A DNA stretch of 64,000 bases from positions 96,001 through 160,000 of the forward strand of contig CAWDXG010000004.1 in NCBI GenBank assembly GCA_963806225.1, given 5' to 3'. The stretch's first letter is position 1, and each line of letters begins with the position of its first letter. Shown piece by piece: positions 47,074-56,224 of the stretch. This stretch comes from an uncultured delta proteobacterium. GTDB taxonomy: Bacteria > Myxococcota_A > Polyangia > Polyangiales > Polyangiaceae. Under the pieces are notes generated by a model, which was not told the DNA's origin, searched no databases, and worked only from the letters and a program-made list of their open reading frames with translations. The position numbers and the translations under genes are program-made.

Positions 47074-48459
47074 TCAGACCGACCGGGCGCGCTCGATGGC
47101 CGCCCACGTATTTTCGGGGCCGATAACCTTCTCCCGCACCTTTCCGAGGCGCTGGCCGGCCTGCTGCTCCGCCGTGTCCAGGAGCCGCCATTCGGCGGCG
47201 CCGACCACTTTCACTCCCCGCTGCTCCAGCAACCGGTCGATCGCCCCCAGCAGCCCCGCTCTGCCCACGAGGTCGGGCGCGTCCGCGAGCATGCACGCGA
47301 CGGTTTCTAGCGCATCCTTCTTGTTGGTGCCGATGAGCCCCGTCGGGCCGCGCTTGATCCAGCCGGCAACATACATCCGCGGCACAACGTCGCCTCCCGG
47401 AACCCCGGTCACTCGACCGCCCCGGTTGGGCACGCGCGCCAGCTTCAGGTCGAAGGGCACTCCGGCGATGGGAACCGCCTGATAGCCGATGGAACGCAGG
47501 AGCAGGCTCGTTTGCAGCGTCTCGTATCGACCGGCGCCGCGAGCCGTCATGCGGCCGTCCGCGCGCCGCAGAAGCTCGTTCCGCTCGATCCGCACCGCCT
47601 CGAGCCGACCGCCGCGACCGACGAGCTCGACCGGAGATGCGAGGAAGCGCAACACCACCCTTCTGGGCGCTCCGCTGGGGCCGCGCTCGGCCAGCCGTGC
47701 CATCAGCTCGACTTTCTCGCGCACCGTGTGTGCGTGGGGACCCAGCTCGGCCAGCGCAGGAGCGATTTCCGCGGGGTCGACGATCACATCGACGCCGTCC
47801 AGCCCGGCGATCGCGGCTAGCTCCTGCGCGTCGAAGGCGGCCTCGGCCGGTCCGCGGCGCCCGAGCACCACCACCTCCCGGACGCGACTCTGCCTGAGCG
47901 CGTCGAGCGCGTAACCCGTGATGTCGGTCGGCGCCAGCTCGTCCGGATCGCGAACGAGGATCCGCGTTACATCCAGAGCGACGTTGCCGACCCCGACCAC
48001 CACCGCACGCCGCGACGAGAGATCGAAGTGCTCGCCGGCGAAGTCGGGATGGCCGTTGTACCAACCGACAAACGCCGCCGCGCCGTGACATCCAGCCAGA
48101 CCCTCGCCGACAATGCCGAGCTTCCTGTCCGTCGCCGAGCCTGTGGTTAAAAGGACCTGGTCGTACAGATCCAGCAGCTCCTCGATCGTGACATCCCGCC
48201 CCACCTCCACATTGCCGAAGAAACGACAGTGCTCGGTCGCCACGGTCCGCTCGAAAGCCGCGCTGGCGCGCTTGATGCGCTGGTGGTCCGGCGCGACCCC
48301 GAAGCGCACCAGCCCGAACGGTGCCGGCAGCCGCTCGAACAGGTCGACCTCCGCGACGAGGCCAGGCGCGCCGAGCAGCGCTGCGGCAGCGTAGAAACCC
48401 GCAGGACCGGCTCCCACGATGGCGACCCGCAGCGGTCGCGTCTGGCTGATATCGGTCAT
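47074..48459 (-). CDS. fprA: FprA/adrenodoxin-reductase-type NADPH-ferredoxin reductase
   Basis: VAIVGAGPAGFYAA, PFGLVRFGVAPDH, FVGWYNGHP, GVGNVALDV, GRRGP and GWIKRGPTGLIGTN motifs. Confidence 0.9.
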   Translation of the reverse strand: MTDISQTRPLRVAIVGAGPAGFYAAAALLGAPGLVAEVDLFERLPAPFGLVRFGVAPDHQRIKRASAAFERTVATEHCRFFGNVEVGRDVTIEELLDLYDQVLLTTGSATDRKLGIVGEGLAGCHGAAAFVGWYNGHPDFAGEHFDLSSRRAVVVGVGNVALDVTRILVRDPDELAPTDITGYALDALRQSRVREVVVLGRRGPAEAAFDAQELAAIAGLDGVDVIVDPAEIAPALAELGPHAHTVREKVELMARLAERGPSGAPRRVVLRFLASPVELVGRGGRLEAVRIERNELLRRADGRMTARGAGRYETLQTSLLLRSIGYQAVPIAGVPFDLKLARVPNRGGRVTGVPGGDVVPRMYVAGWIKRGPTGLIGTNKKDALETVACMLADAPDLVGRAGLLGAIDRLLEQRGVKVVGAAEWRLLDTAEQQAGQRLGKVREKVIGPENTWAAIERARSV

Positions 48460-48532
48460 ACCCGCCTACGTGGTGCAATTCGCGGGCCGTCGTCAGCCCC
48501 TGCTTGACGGGATCCCGGCAGGGACCTAATGG

Positions 48533-48548
48533 TTCAAAAGATTTTGAA
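48533..48548. promoter_or_regulatory. AT-rich palindrome, candidate operator in the fprA/DAHP-men divergent region
   Basis: TTCAAAA-GA-TTTTGAA, downstream of a TTGACG -35-like hexamer at 48504. Confidence 0.55.
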
Positions 48549-48625
48549 ACTTCCGAGGGCTGCCGGGATATCCAGATGCATACCAGTCAGCATGGTGGCG
48601 CCGCCGGGGACCATGGAGGTGGAGC

Positions 48626-49600
48626 GTGATCGTGGTGCTGGAACAGGGCGCCGATCCCGTCCGCATCCAGCGCGAGCTGGTGGAGCACGGCCTGTGGGTC
48701 GTTCCCCTCGAAGGCGGACCCACCCCGCAGTTCCTCGTGGAGCCGCAGTCGGCGGCTGCCGCGCGCGAATCCCTGCTGGGGATCGCTGGCGTGGCGGCTG
48801 TCGCGACGCCGCGCTCGGCGCATCCGCTGATCGACGCCCAGCCCGCCGTGGTGCAGATCGGCGCGACACGCCTGGGCCCCGGAGCGCCGCCTGTCTTCAT
48901 CGCCGGGCCGTGCAGCGTCGAGTCCGAGCCGCATATCCACGCGATCGCGGAGCGTCTCGCGGGACAAGGTGTGCGGTTCCTGCGTGGCGGGGCGTTCAAG
49001 CCGCGCACGTCACCCTACGCGTTCCAGGGTCATGGCGAGGCGGCGCTCTGTTGGCTGCGCGACGCGGCGGACGAACACGGCCTGGCGGTCGTGACGGAGG
49101 TGCTCGACCCGCGCGACGTAGAGCTCGTCGCGAGCGCTGCCGACCTGCTGCAGATCGGCTCGCGCAACATGCAGAACGCCCCTCTGCTGCGAGCGGCCGC
49201 CGCGGCGCACATGCCCGTGCTCGTCAAGCGCGGCATGGCGGCCACCATCGACGAGTGGCTGCTCGCGGGCGAGTACTGCCTGCTGCACGGGGCGCCTTTC
49301 GTGGTGTTCTGCGAGCGCGGTATCCGGGGCTTCGATTCGAGCACCCGGAATCTGCTCGACCTGGGGGCCGTCGCGCTGTTGTCGCAGGTCTGCAAGCTGC
49401 CGGTGATCGTCGATCCGTCGCACGCTGTCGGCCGGCGCGATCTGGTGCCGGCGCTGAGCCGCGCCGCGATAGCCGCGGGCGCCGCGGGGCTGATGCTCGA
49501 GACGCACGACGACCCGGGCCGTGCGCTCAGCGACGGGCCGCAGGCGTTGTTGCCCGACCAGCTCTGCGAGCTGCTCGCAGACCTGGGAGCCGGACGATGA
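48626..49600 (+). CDS. aroF: 3-deoxy-7-phosphoheptulonate (DAHP) synthase, type I-beta
   Basis: AGPCSVES, RGGAFKPRTSPYAFQG, QIGSRNMQN, KRG, CERGIR, DPSH and SDGPQ motifs. Confidence 0.93.
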   Translation: MIVVLEQGADPVRIQRELVEHGLWVVPLEGGPTPQFLVEPQSAAAARESLLGIAGVAAVATPRSAHPLIDAQPAVVQIGATRLGPGAPPVFIAGPCSVESEPHIHAIAERLAGQGVRFLRGGAFKPRTSPYAFQGHGEAALCWLRDAADEHGLAVVTEVLDPRDVELVASAADLLQIGSRNMQNAPLLRAAAAAHMPVLVKRGMAATIDEWLLAGEYCLLHGAPFVVFCERGIRGFDSSTRNLLDLGAVALLSQVCKLPVIVDPSHAVGRRDLVPALSRAAIAAGAAGLMLETHDDPGRALSDGPQALLPDQLCELLADLGAGR

Positions 49601-50313
49601 GCGCCCCGGAAACGGTACGCGGCGGGTCGGGCGCCATGTTCGACAACATCGCGCCGCGCTACGACCTGATGAACCGCCTGATCTCGCTCGGTGTCGACCA
49701 GAGCTGGCGGCGGCGCACGGTGGCGGCGCTCGAGCTGCCGCGTTGCCGTCAGGTCCTCGACCTGGCCACGGGCACCGGCGACCTGGCGATCCAGGTGGCA
49801 GAAACGGCCGGCGAGGTCGAGGTCGTCGGACTGGATCCGTCGGAGCGGATGCTCGAGATCGGCCGCGACAAGGTCCGCGCCGCCGGGCTCGCCGAACGCG
49901 TCGAGCTCGTCCAGGGCGACGCGGAAGAGCTCCCCTTCGAGGACGATACCTTCGACGGCGTTTGCATGGCGTTCGGGATCCGCAACGTACCCGACCGCGC
50001 GCGAGCGCTGTCGGAGATGCGCCGCGTGACGCGCCCGGGAGGGCGCATCGCGATCCTGGAGCTGAGCGAGCCGCGCCGCGGCCTGCTCGCGCCGATGGCG
50101 CGCTTCCACGTGCACACCGTCGTGCCCTGGCTCGGTTCGCTGATCTCCGGAGCACGCGAGTACCGCTACCTGCAGCAGTCGATCGCGGCGTTCCCGCCCG
50201 CAGAGGAGTTCGGCGGGATGATGCAGAGCGCGGGCCTCGACGTGCTGGACATCGTGCGACTCACGTTCGGGGTCTGTCATCTGTACGTTGCGACGCCGGG
50301 GACCAGGGCGTGA
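49597..50313 (+). CDS. menG: Demethylmenaquinone methyltransferase (UbiE/MenG)
   Basis: MFDNIAPRYDLMNRLISLG.D..WR, LDLATGTGD, AFGIRNV and YRYLQQSI motifs. Confidence 0.93.
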   Translation: MSAPETVRGGSGAMFDNIAPRYDLMNRLISLGVDQSWRRRTVAALELPRCRQVLDLATGTGDLAIQVAETAGEVEVVGLDPSERMLEIGRDKVRAAGLAERVELVQGDAEELPFEDDTFDGVCMAFGIRNVPDRARALSEMRRVTRPGGRIAILELSEPRRGLLAPMARFHVHTVVPWLGSLISGAREYRYLQQSIAAFPPAEEFGGMMQSAGLDVLDIVRLTFGVCHLYVATPGTRA

Positions 50314-51698
50314 ACCCGGCCGAGGTGTCCAGCGCGCCTGGGGTACACGGCGTGCAGCTCGAAGCGCGCGGTGAGCTCGCTCGAGCGCTGGCAGAGCTGG
50401 CCGGGCAGGACGCGCTCGGCGTCATCTCGCTGCCGGCGCCGCGCGCCGCGCCGGAAACGCTGCTCGACAACGCCGCCGGCGACGCCCTGCTCTGGGCCCC
50501 GCCCGGTGCTGCGATCTTCTCCGGGTCGGGCAGCGCCAGACTGCTGGTCGCGTCCGGGCCGGATCGTTTCCAGCGCATCCGCGAGCAAGCCGCGGCTGAA
50601 CGGATGCTGCGTCTGGGCTTTCCGGGTTCGCCCGGGCCCCGGTGGTTCGGGGGATTTGCGTTCCAGGCGGGTGCGCCTGGAACACCCTGGGGCGCGTTCG
50701 GCGAGGCGCGCTTCGCGCTGCCCCGCTGGCGCTACGCGCGCGCGGGCGGTCGGGCCTGGCTCGACCTCGCGGTGCACGGCCGGGAGATGGAGCCACCGGG
50801 CGCGCGCGACCAGTGGATGCGTCAGCTCGACCGGCTGTGGCGATTGCTCTCCGCGCCGCCCGCGTCCGACCGTCACCGCTGTCCGGCGCTGGTTTCGCTC
50901 GATCCGGGGCAGCGCGACGAGTACGAGGCGGCGGTCGGAGCAATCGTGGACAACATCCGTGCGGGCCGCTTCGAAAAGGTCGTGGCTGCGCGGCGGGCGC
51001 TGCTCGAGCTGGATCCACCGCCCGACCCGCGAACGCTCTTGATGCGGCTTTCGGAGCAGGCGCCCGGGTGCACCCGCTTCGCATTCCGGGTGGGCGCGCG
51101 GACCTTCCTCGGCGCAACGCCGGAGCGTCTGATCGACAAGCGCGGGCTCCGCATCGAAACGGAGGCCCTGGCCGGTTCAATCCGCGCCGGGAGCCCGGAA
51201 CAGGCATCGCTCCTGCTGAGCAGCCACAAGGACCTGGGCGAGCACCGATTCGTCGTGCGCGAGATCGTCGGGGGCCTCGCCGGGCTGTGCGGGACCCTGC
51301 GCTATCCCGACCAGCCGGAGATCCGGGCGCTCGCGCACGTGCTGCACCTCCGCACGCCGATCGTCGGCGAGCTCGCCTCCGCGCGGCACGTGCTCGAGCT
51401 GGTCGAGACCCTGCACCCGACGCCGGCGGTGGGTGGCGTCCCCACCCGCGAGGCCCAGCGCTGGATCACCGAGCACGAAGCCGAGCCGCGAGGCTGGTAC
51501 GCGGGACCGGTCGGTTGCTTCGATGCCGACGGCGACGGACAGTTTGCCGTAGCTCTGCGCTCCGGTCTGTTCGAGGGCGCGCGTGCCTACCTGTACGCGG
51601 GGGCCGGCATCGTCGGCGACTCCGACCCCGCGAGCGAGTACGCCGAGACGCGGCTCAAGCTCGAGTCGCTGCTTTCGGTGCTGGGAGTCGACGCATGA
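50310..51698 (+). CDS. menF: Isochorismate synthase
   Basis: EKVVAAR, GATPERL, EALAGS, LHPTPAVGG, RGWYAG and YAGAGIV.DS motifs. Confidence 0.9.
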   Translation: MNPAEVSSAPGVHGVQLEARGELARALAELAGQDALGVISLPAPRAAPETLLDNAAGDALLWAPPGAAIFSGSGSARLLVASGPDRFQRIREQAAAERMLRLGFPGSPGPRWFGGFAFQAGAPGTPWGAFGEARFALPRWRYARAGGRAWLDLAVHGREMEPPGARDQWMRQLDRLWRLLSAPPASDRHRCPALVSLDPGQRDEYEAAVGAIVDNIRAGRFEKVVAARRALLELDPPPDPRTLLMRLSEQAPGCTRFAFRVGARTFLGATPERLIDKRGLRIETEALAGSIRAGSPEQASLLLSSHKDLGEHRFVVREIVGGLAGLCGTLRYPDQPEIRALAHVLHLRTPIVGELASARHVLELVETLHPTPAVGGVPTREAQRWITEHEAEPRGWYAGPVGCFDADGDGQFAVALRSGLFEGARAYLYAGAGIVGDSDPASEYAETRLKLESLLSVLGVDA

Positions 51699-53452
51699 GC
51701 GGAGCGCTGACCGCCTGGGCGCGGTTGCTCGTGGAGAGCCTGGCCGCCGCCGGTGTCCGCGACGTCGTGGTGAGCCCCGGCTCGCGCAACACTCCGTTCG
51801 TCTGGGCGGCACTGGAGTCTTCCCGGCTCTGTTGCCACACGATCATCGACGAACGCTCCGCGGGCTTCCTGGCACTCGGACAAGCCAGGATCAGCGGCGC
51901 CCCCTCGCTCTTGATCTGCACGTCCGGCAGTGCCGGTGCCAACTACCTGCCCGCCGTGGTGGAGGCGGCCGCCTCCGGCACGCCACTGCTCGTGCTCACG
52001 GCGGATCGCCCGTTCGAGCTGATGGACTGCTCCGCGCCGCAGACCATCGACCAGACGCGCCTGTTCGGTGCGCATGCCCGACGCTTTGTCGAGCTCGGCA
52101 TGCCGGACGCGGATCCCGACGCGCTCTCCGCGCTCCAGCGCCAGGCTGCCGCGGCGGTACTGGCGTCGCGGTATCCGGACCCCGGCCCCGTGCACCTCAA
52201 CGCGCGGGCGAGAAAGCCGCTCGAGCCCGGGCGCGATGCGGCGCTCGACGCCAGGGTCGACGCCCTGCTCGAACACGGTCCGACACGCGCCGGGCGTCCG
52301 CGCCAGCTTGCCGGTCAGCCCGCCCTCGACGGGTTGGCCGAGGCGTGTGCGGGGGCGCGGAGCGGGCTTCTCGTGTGCGGGCCACAATCCCCTGCCGCTG
52401 CCATCCCGCAGGAGACGATCGCCCGCCTGGCCCGGGCAACGGGCTTTGCCGTATTCGCCGAGGCCACCAGCCAGCAGCGCTTCTCGCTCGCGCCGCAGCC
52501 CGGCGTCGCCCTGCTCGACGCCGGCCCCTGGCTGCTCGAACCAGGCCGGCGGGCCCCGGATCTGGTACTCCAGATCGGCGCTCCGCCCACCGCCGCCGCC
52601 TGGGACCGTTTCCTGGCGGCGCACCCGCGGCTCGCGCGGCATGTGATCGCGGAGCGCGGCTGGCCCGACCCGCGAAGCAGCGCGACCGGGCTCTTGTTGG
52701 GTGATCCGGCGTCCAACCTGGAGGCGCTGGCCAGCGCGCTGGAGACGCGCGCGAGGCAACCTGGAGACTCGCCCTGGGTGCGCTCGATGCTGAAGAATAA
52801 CCAGCAGATCTGGAGCATCGTTGAAGAAGAGCTTGGAGCCCCCGACGGCCGACTCGGCGAACCGGGCGCGGTGCGGATGCTGGTCGAGGCGCTCCCGCAG
52901 CGCAGCGTGCTGGTGGTGGGCAACAGCCTGCCGGTGCGCGAGCTGGATCTGTACTGCCGCGCCCGCTCCGGGGGGCCGGTGGTGTGCTCGCAGCGCGGGG
53001 CCAACGGGATCGACGGCCTGATCTCGGGCGCCGCGGGGGCCGCGCTGTCGGCCGGTGTCCCGACCACGCTGCTGCTCGGTGACGTGAGCTTCCTGCACGA
53101 CATCGGCGGGCTGTACGCCGCCCGCTCGGTCCCGGTGCCTTTCACGATCGCCGTGCTCGACAACGGCGGCGGCCGCATCTTCGAGCAGCTCCCGTTCGCC
53201 GACCTGCCGGGTGTGGACGGCGCCCGGTTGCAGCCGTGGCTCACGCCGCACGGGTTCGACCTGTCGCACGCCGCCGCGCTCTACGGGCTCGACTTCGCCC
53301 GTGCGACCACTCCCGCCGAGCTGCGCCGTGTTCTGGCCAGCGCGCCCGCCGCCCCGCGCGTGGTCGACATCGTTGTGCCGCCTCACAGCGCGCGCGACAC
53401 GCAGCGCCGGATCCGGACCCGGATCGAACGGGAGCTGGAAGGGCCGCGATGA
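51695..53452 (+). CDS. menD: SEPHCHC synthase
   Basis: SPGSRNTP, IDERSAGFLALG, CTSGSA, TADRP, QTIDQ, RGANGIDG and GDVSFLHD...DNGGGRIF motifs. Confidence 0.95.
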   Translation: MSGALTAWARLLVESLAAAGVRDVVVSPGSRNTPFVWAALESSRLCCHTIIDERSAGFLALGQARISGAPSLLICTSGSAGANYLPAVVEAAASGTPLLVLTADRPFELMDCSAPQTIDQTRLFGAHARRFVELGMPDADPDALSALQRQAAAAVLASRYPDPGPVHLNARARKPLEPGRDAALDARVDALLEHGPTRAGRPRQLAGQPALDGLAEACAGARSGLLVCGPQSPAAAIPQETIARLARATGFAVFAEATSQQRFSLAPQPGVALLDAGPWLLEPGRRAPDLVLQIGAPPTAAAWDRFLAAHPRLARHVIAERGWPDPRSSATGLLLGDPASNLEALASALETRARQPGDSPWVRSMLKNNQQIWSIVEEELGAPDGRLGEPGAVRMLVEALPQRSVLVVGNSLPVRELDLYCRARSGGPVVCSQRGANGIDGLISGAAGAALSAGVPTTLLLGDVSFLHDIGGLYAARSVPVPFTIAVLDNGGGRIFEQLPFADLPGVDGARLQPWLTPHGFDLSHAAALYGLDFARATTPAELRRVLASAPAAPRVVDIVVPPHSARDTQRRIRTRIERELEGPR

Positions 53453-54204
53453 AGCCGTTCGTGCTGCTCCACGGTTTCACCGGCAGTCCCCGGAGCTGGC
53501 AGCGTGTCGCGCGCCTGTTGCCGAGGGACGCCGTGATGTTCCGGCCAGCGTTGCTGGGCCATGATGGCCCCGGTCCCAGCAGTGTGGGTCCCGGCGGCTT
53601 CGCAGCCGAGATCGAACGTCTCGCCCTGCTGATCCGCTCCGCGGGCCTCGAAACCGCTCACCTGGCGGGCTACTCGCTCGGCGGGCGGCTAGCGCTCGGG
53701 CTTCTGCTCGCGCATCCGGAGCTGTTCTCGAGCGCCACGCTGATCGGTGCGCATCCGGGCCTCGAATCGCCCGCGGAACGCGCCGAACGTGCGCGCTCCG
53801 ACGCGCGTTGGCGCCAGCTACTGGAGGACGACGGGATCGAGACGTTCGTCGACGCCTGGGAGCGCCAGCCCCTGTTCGCGTCGCAACAGGCACTGCCCGG
53901 CGATCTGCTCGCCGAGCAGCGTCGCGAGCGCCTGGCCCACGATCCGCGCGGTCTGGCGCGCGCGCTCGCACTGCTCGGGCTATCGCAGATGCCCGCCTAC
54001 GGCTCCGAGCTCGCGCGGATCCGTGTTCCGGTCGAGCTCGTGACCGGCGCGTTGGACGCGCGCTTCACCGATCTAGCGGCAGGCATGCGCAGACAGCTGG
54101 GTGACGCGCGCGCCAGCGTCGTCCCCGGTACGGGGCACAACGTGGTGCTCGAGCGCCCCGCAGTCGTCGCCGACGCTCTACGTCGCGGCATGGAGGCAGG
54201 ATGA
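53449..54204 (+). CDS. menH: SHCHC synthase (alpha/beta hydrolase)
   Basis: LHGFTG, GYSLGGR, PGL....ER..R..SD..W, W..QPLF and GHNV motifs; lies within the men operon. Confidence 0.88.
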   Translation: MKPFVLLHGFTGSPRSWQRVARLLPRDAVMFRPALLGHDGPGPSSVGPGGFAAEIERLALLIRSAGLETAHLAGYSLGGRLALGLLLAHPELFSSATLIGAHPGLESPAERAERARSDARWRQLLEDDGIETFVDAWERQPLFASQQALPGDLLAEQRRERLAHDPRGLARALALLGLSQMPAYGSELARIRVPVELVTGALDARFTDLAAGMRRQLGDARASVVPGTGHNVVLERPAVVADALRRGMEAG

Positions 54205-55115
54205 ACGAGCTGACCGGAGCAGGCCCCGCCACGCTGCCGCGCTGGCGTGCCTGGGTCCTCGCATGTCGCCCTGCAACCCTCGCCGCCGCGGTGGTCCCGG
54301 TCGCGGTCGGCACCGCCTGCGCGGCGGCGCTGGGCGGGCTGCGCATCGGGCCGGCACTGGCTGCGCTGGCCGGCGCGCTGCTGCTGCAGATCGGCGCGAA
54401 TCTCGCCAACGACGTTTTCGACTACGAGAAGGGCGCCGACACGCACGAGCGGCTCGGCCCCACGCGCGCCGTGCAGTCGGGGCTGCTGCCCGCGAGCAGC
54501 GTGCGCACCGCGATGTTCGTTGTCTTCGGCCTGGCGCTCCTGGTCGGCGCATATCTGACGGCCGTGGCAGGTCCCGCCATCATCGCGATCGGTCTCTTGT
54601 CGATCGCGTCCGCGATCGCCTACACGGGTGGCCCCTGGCCGCTCGGCTATCACGGCCTCGGCGATCTGTTCGTGATGCTGTTCTTCGGGTTCGTGGCCGT
54701 GTGCGGCACGGCGTTCGTCCAGCTCGGCAGCGTTCCAGCTCTCGCCTGGTGGGCGGCCGTGCCCGTAGGGTCTCTCGCGACGGCCATCCTGGTCGTGAAC
54801 AACATCCGCGACCGCACGACGGACCTCGCCGCTGGAAAGCGCACGCTCGCCGTACGCTTCGGACGGCGAGCGGCGCTCGCCGAGTATCTCTTGCTGCTCG
54901 CCGCGGCCTACAGCGTGCCGGTCCTGCTCTTCCGAACGGGCACCGCCAGTGCCTGGGCGCTCCTGCCGCTCCTGTCCCTGCCGATCGCGGTCTCGCTCGC
55001 GTGGCGGCTCTCGACACAGGAAGGCGCTCGGCTCAACCAGGTACTGGCGGGCACGGCGCGATTGATGCTCATCATGGGTCTGACGTTCGCTTTGGGGCTA
55101 GTGCCCGGAGCATAG
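54201..55115 (+). CDS. menA: 1,4-dihydroxy-2-naphthoate polyprenyltransferase
   Basis: [41 protein letters not shown] and [15 protein letters not shown] motifs. Confidence 0.93.
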   Translation: MNELTGAGPATLPRWRAWVLACRPATLAAAVVPVAVGTACAAALGGLRIGPALAALAGALLLQIGANLANDVFDYEKGADTHERLGPTRAVQSGLLPASSVRTAMFVVFGLALLVGAYLTAVAGPAIIAIGLLSIASAIAYTGGPWPLGYHGLGDLFVMLFFGFVAVCGTAFVQLGSVPALAWWAAVPVGSLATAILVVNNIRDRTTDLAAGKRTLAVRFGRRAALAEYLLLLAAAYSVPVLLFRTGTASAWALLPLLSLPIAVSLAWRLSTQEGARLNQVLAGTARLMLIMGLTFALGLVPGA

Positions 55116-55117
55116 CG

Positions 55118-56224
55118 GTGAGGATCGTCGAAGCGACATTGCAGCGCTTCTCCGGAGAGCTGCCGGAGCCTATCGGCAACGCGCGTACGGGATGGCGCAC
55201 GCGCAGCGGCCTGCTGCTCACCCTGATCGACGAAGAAGGGCGTGCCGGACAGGGCGAGTGCGCTCCCCTGCCCGGCTATTCGCCGGACGAAGAAGAGGCG
55301 TGCCGGGAAGCGCTCGAAGCGCTCGACTGGGACGAGCTGGTCCACAGGCAGAGCGGCGCGACGCTGCTCGAAGGGCTGGCCGCGGCGTCGAGCTGTCTGC
55401 CGCAGGAGCTGCCGGCGGCGCGCTTCGCGATCGAGACCGCTCTGCTCGATCTGGCGGGGCAACGCGCTGGGCGTCCGGCGTGGCGTCTGCTGCGCTCGTC
55501 GGTTCGCCGACTCGACAGCCGCCCCTTGCCGGTTTCATTGTGCGGCGTCGTCGTGGCACCCGGGCGACGGCCGGACGACGTGCTCGGAGCGGCGTCACGT
55601 CTGGTCGAGCGCGGTCTTTCCAGACTGAAGCTCAAGGTCGGCTACGAGGGCAACGTCGAGCTCGCCCGCGCGCTGCGTGTTCATCTGCCCGAGGGCGTCC
55701 TGCTCAGATTCGATGCCAACCGCGCGTGGTCGGAACAAGAGGCGCCCGAGCGGCTCGCCAGGCTAGCTGCCCTTGTCCCCGAGCTGGTGGAGGAGCCCAG
55801 CGAGGCACTGGAGGCGCTGCAGAGCCCGCCGGTCCCACTGGCGCTCGACGAATCCCTGCAGACGCCGGGAACACTGGAGCGATTGCGACCCGCGCTCCGG
55901 CGTCTGCGCGTGGAGGCCGTCGTGCTCAAGCCGACGGCCCTCGGCGGTCTCGTGCGGTGCATCGAGCTGGCCACGCGGGCGCAGAGCCTCGGTCTCGGCG
56001 TGATGGTATCGCACCTGTTCGACGGCCCGGTGGCACTCGGTTCCGCCGCCGCGCTGGCGCTCGCGGTCGCGAGCCCGGAGCGCGCAAGCGGTCTCGATCG
56101 CCACCCGGGGCTCGCCATCTGGCCCGCCGTGTCGATTCCGATCGTCGGCGACACGCACATCCTGCCCGACGAGCATCCGGGTCTCGGCATCGAACCGCTC
56201 GTGGGGCATCGCGCGAGCCGATGA
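55118..56224 (+). CDS. menC: o-succinylbenzoate synthase (enolase superfamily)
   Basis: GECAPLPG, KLKVG, RFDANRAW, EEP, ALDES and VLKP motifs. Confidence 0.88.
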   Translation: MRIVEATLQRFSGELPEPIGNARTGWRTRSGLLLTLIDEEGRAGQGECAPLPGYSPDEEEACREALEALDWDELVHRQSGATLLEGLAAASSCLPQELPAARFAIETALLDLAGQRAGRPAWRLLRSSVRRLDSRPLPVSLCGVVVAPGRRPDDVLGAASRLVERGLSRLKLKVGYEGNVELARALRVHLPEGVLLRFDANRAWSEQEAPERLARLAALVPELVEEPSEALEALQSPPVPLALDESLQTPGTLERLRPALRRLRVEAVVLKPTALGGLVRCIELATRAQSLGLGVMVSHLFDGPVALGSAAALALAVASPERASGLDRHPGLAIWPAVSIPIVGDTHILPDEHPGLGIEPLVGHRASR

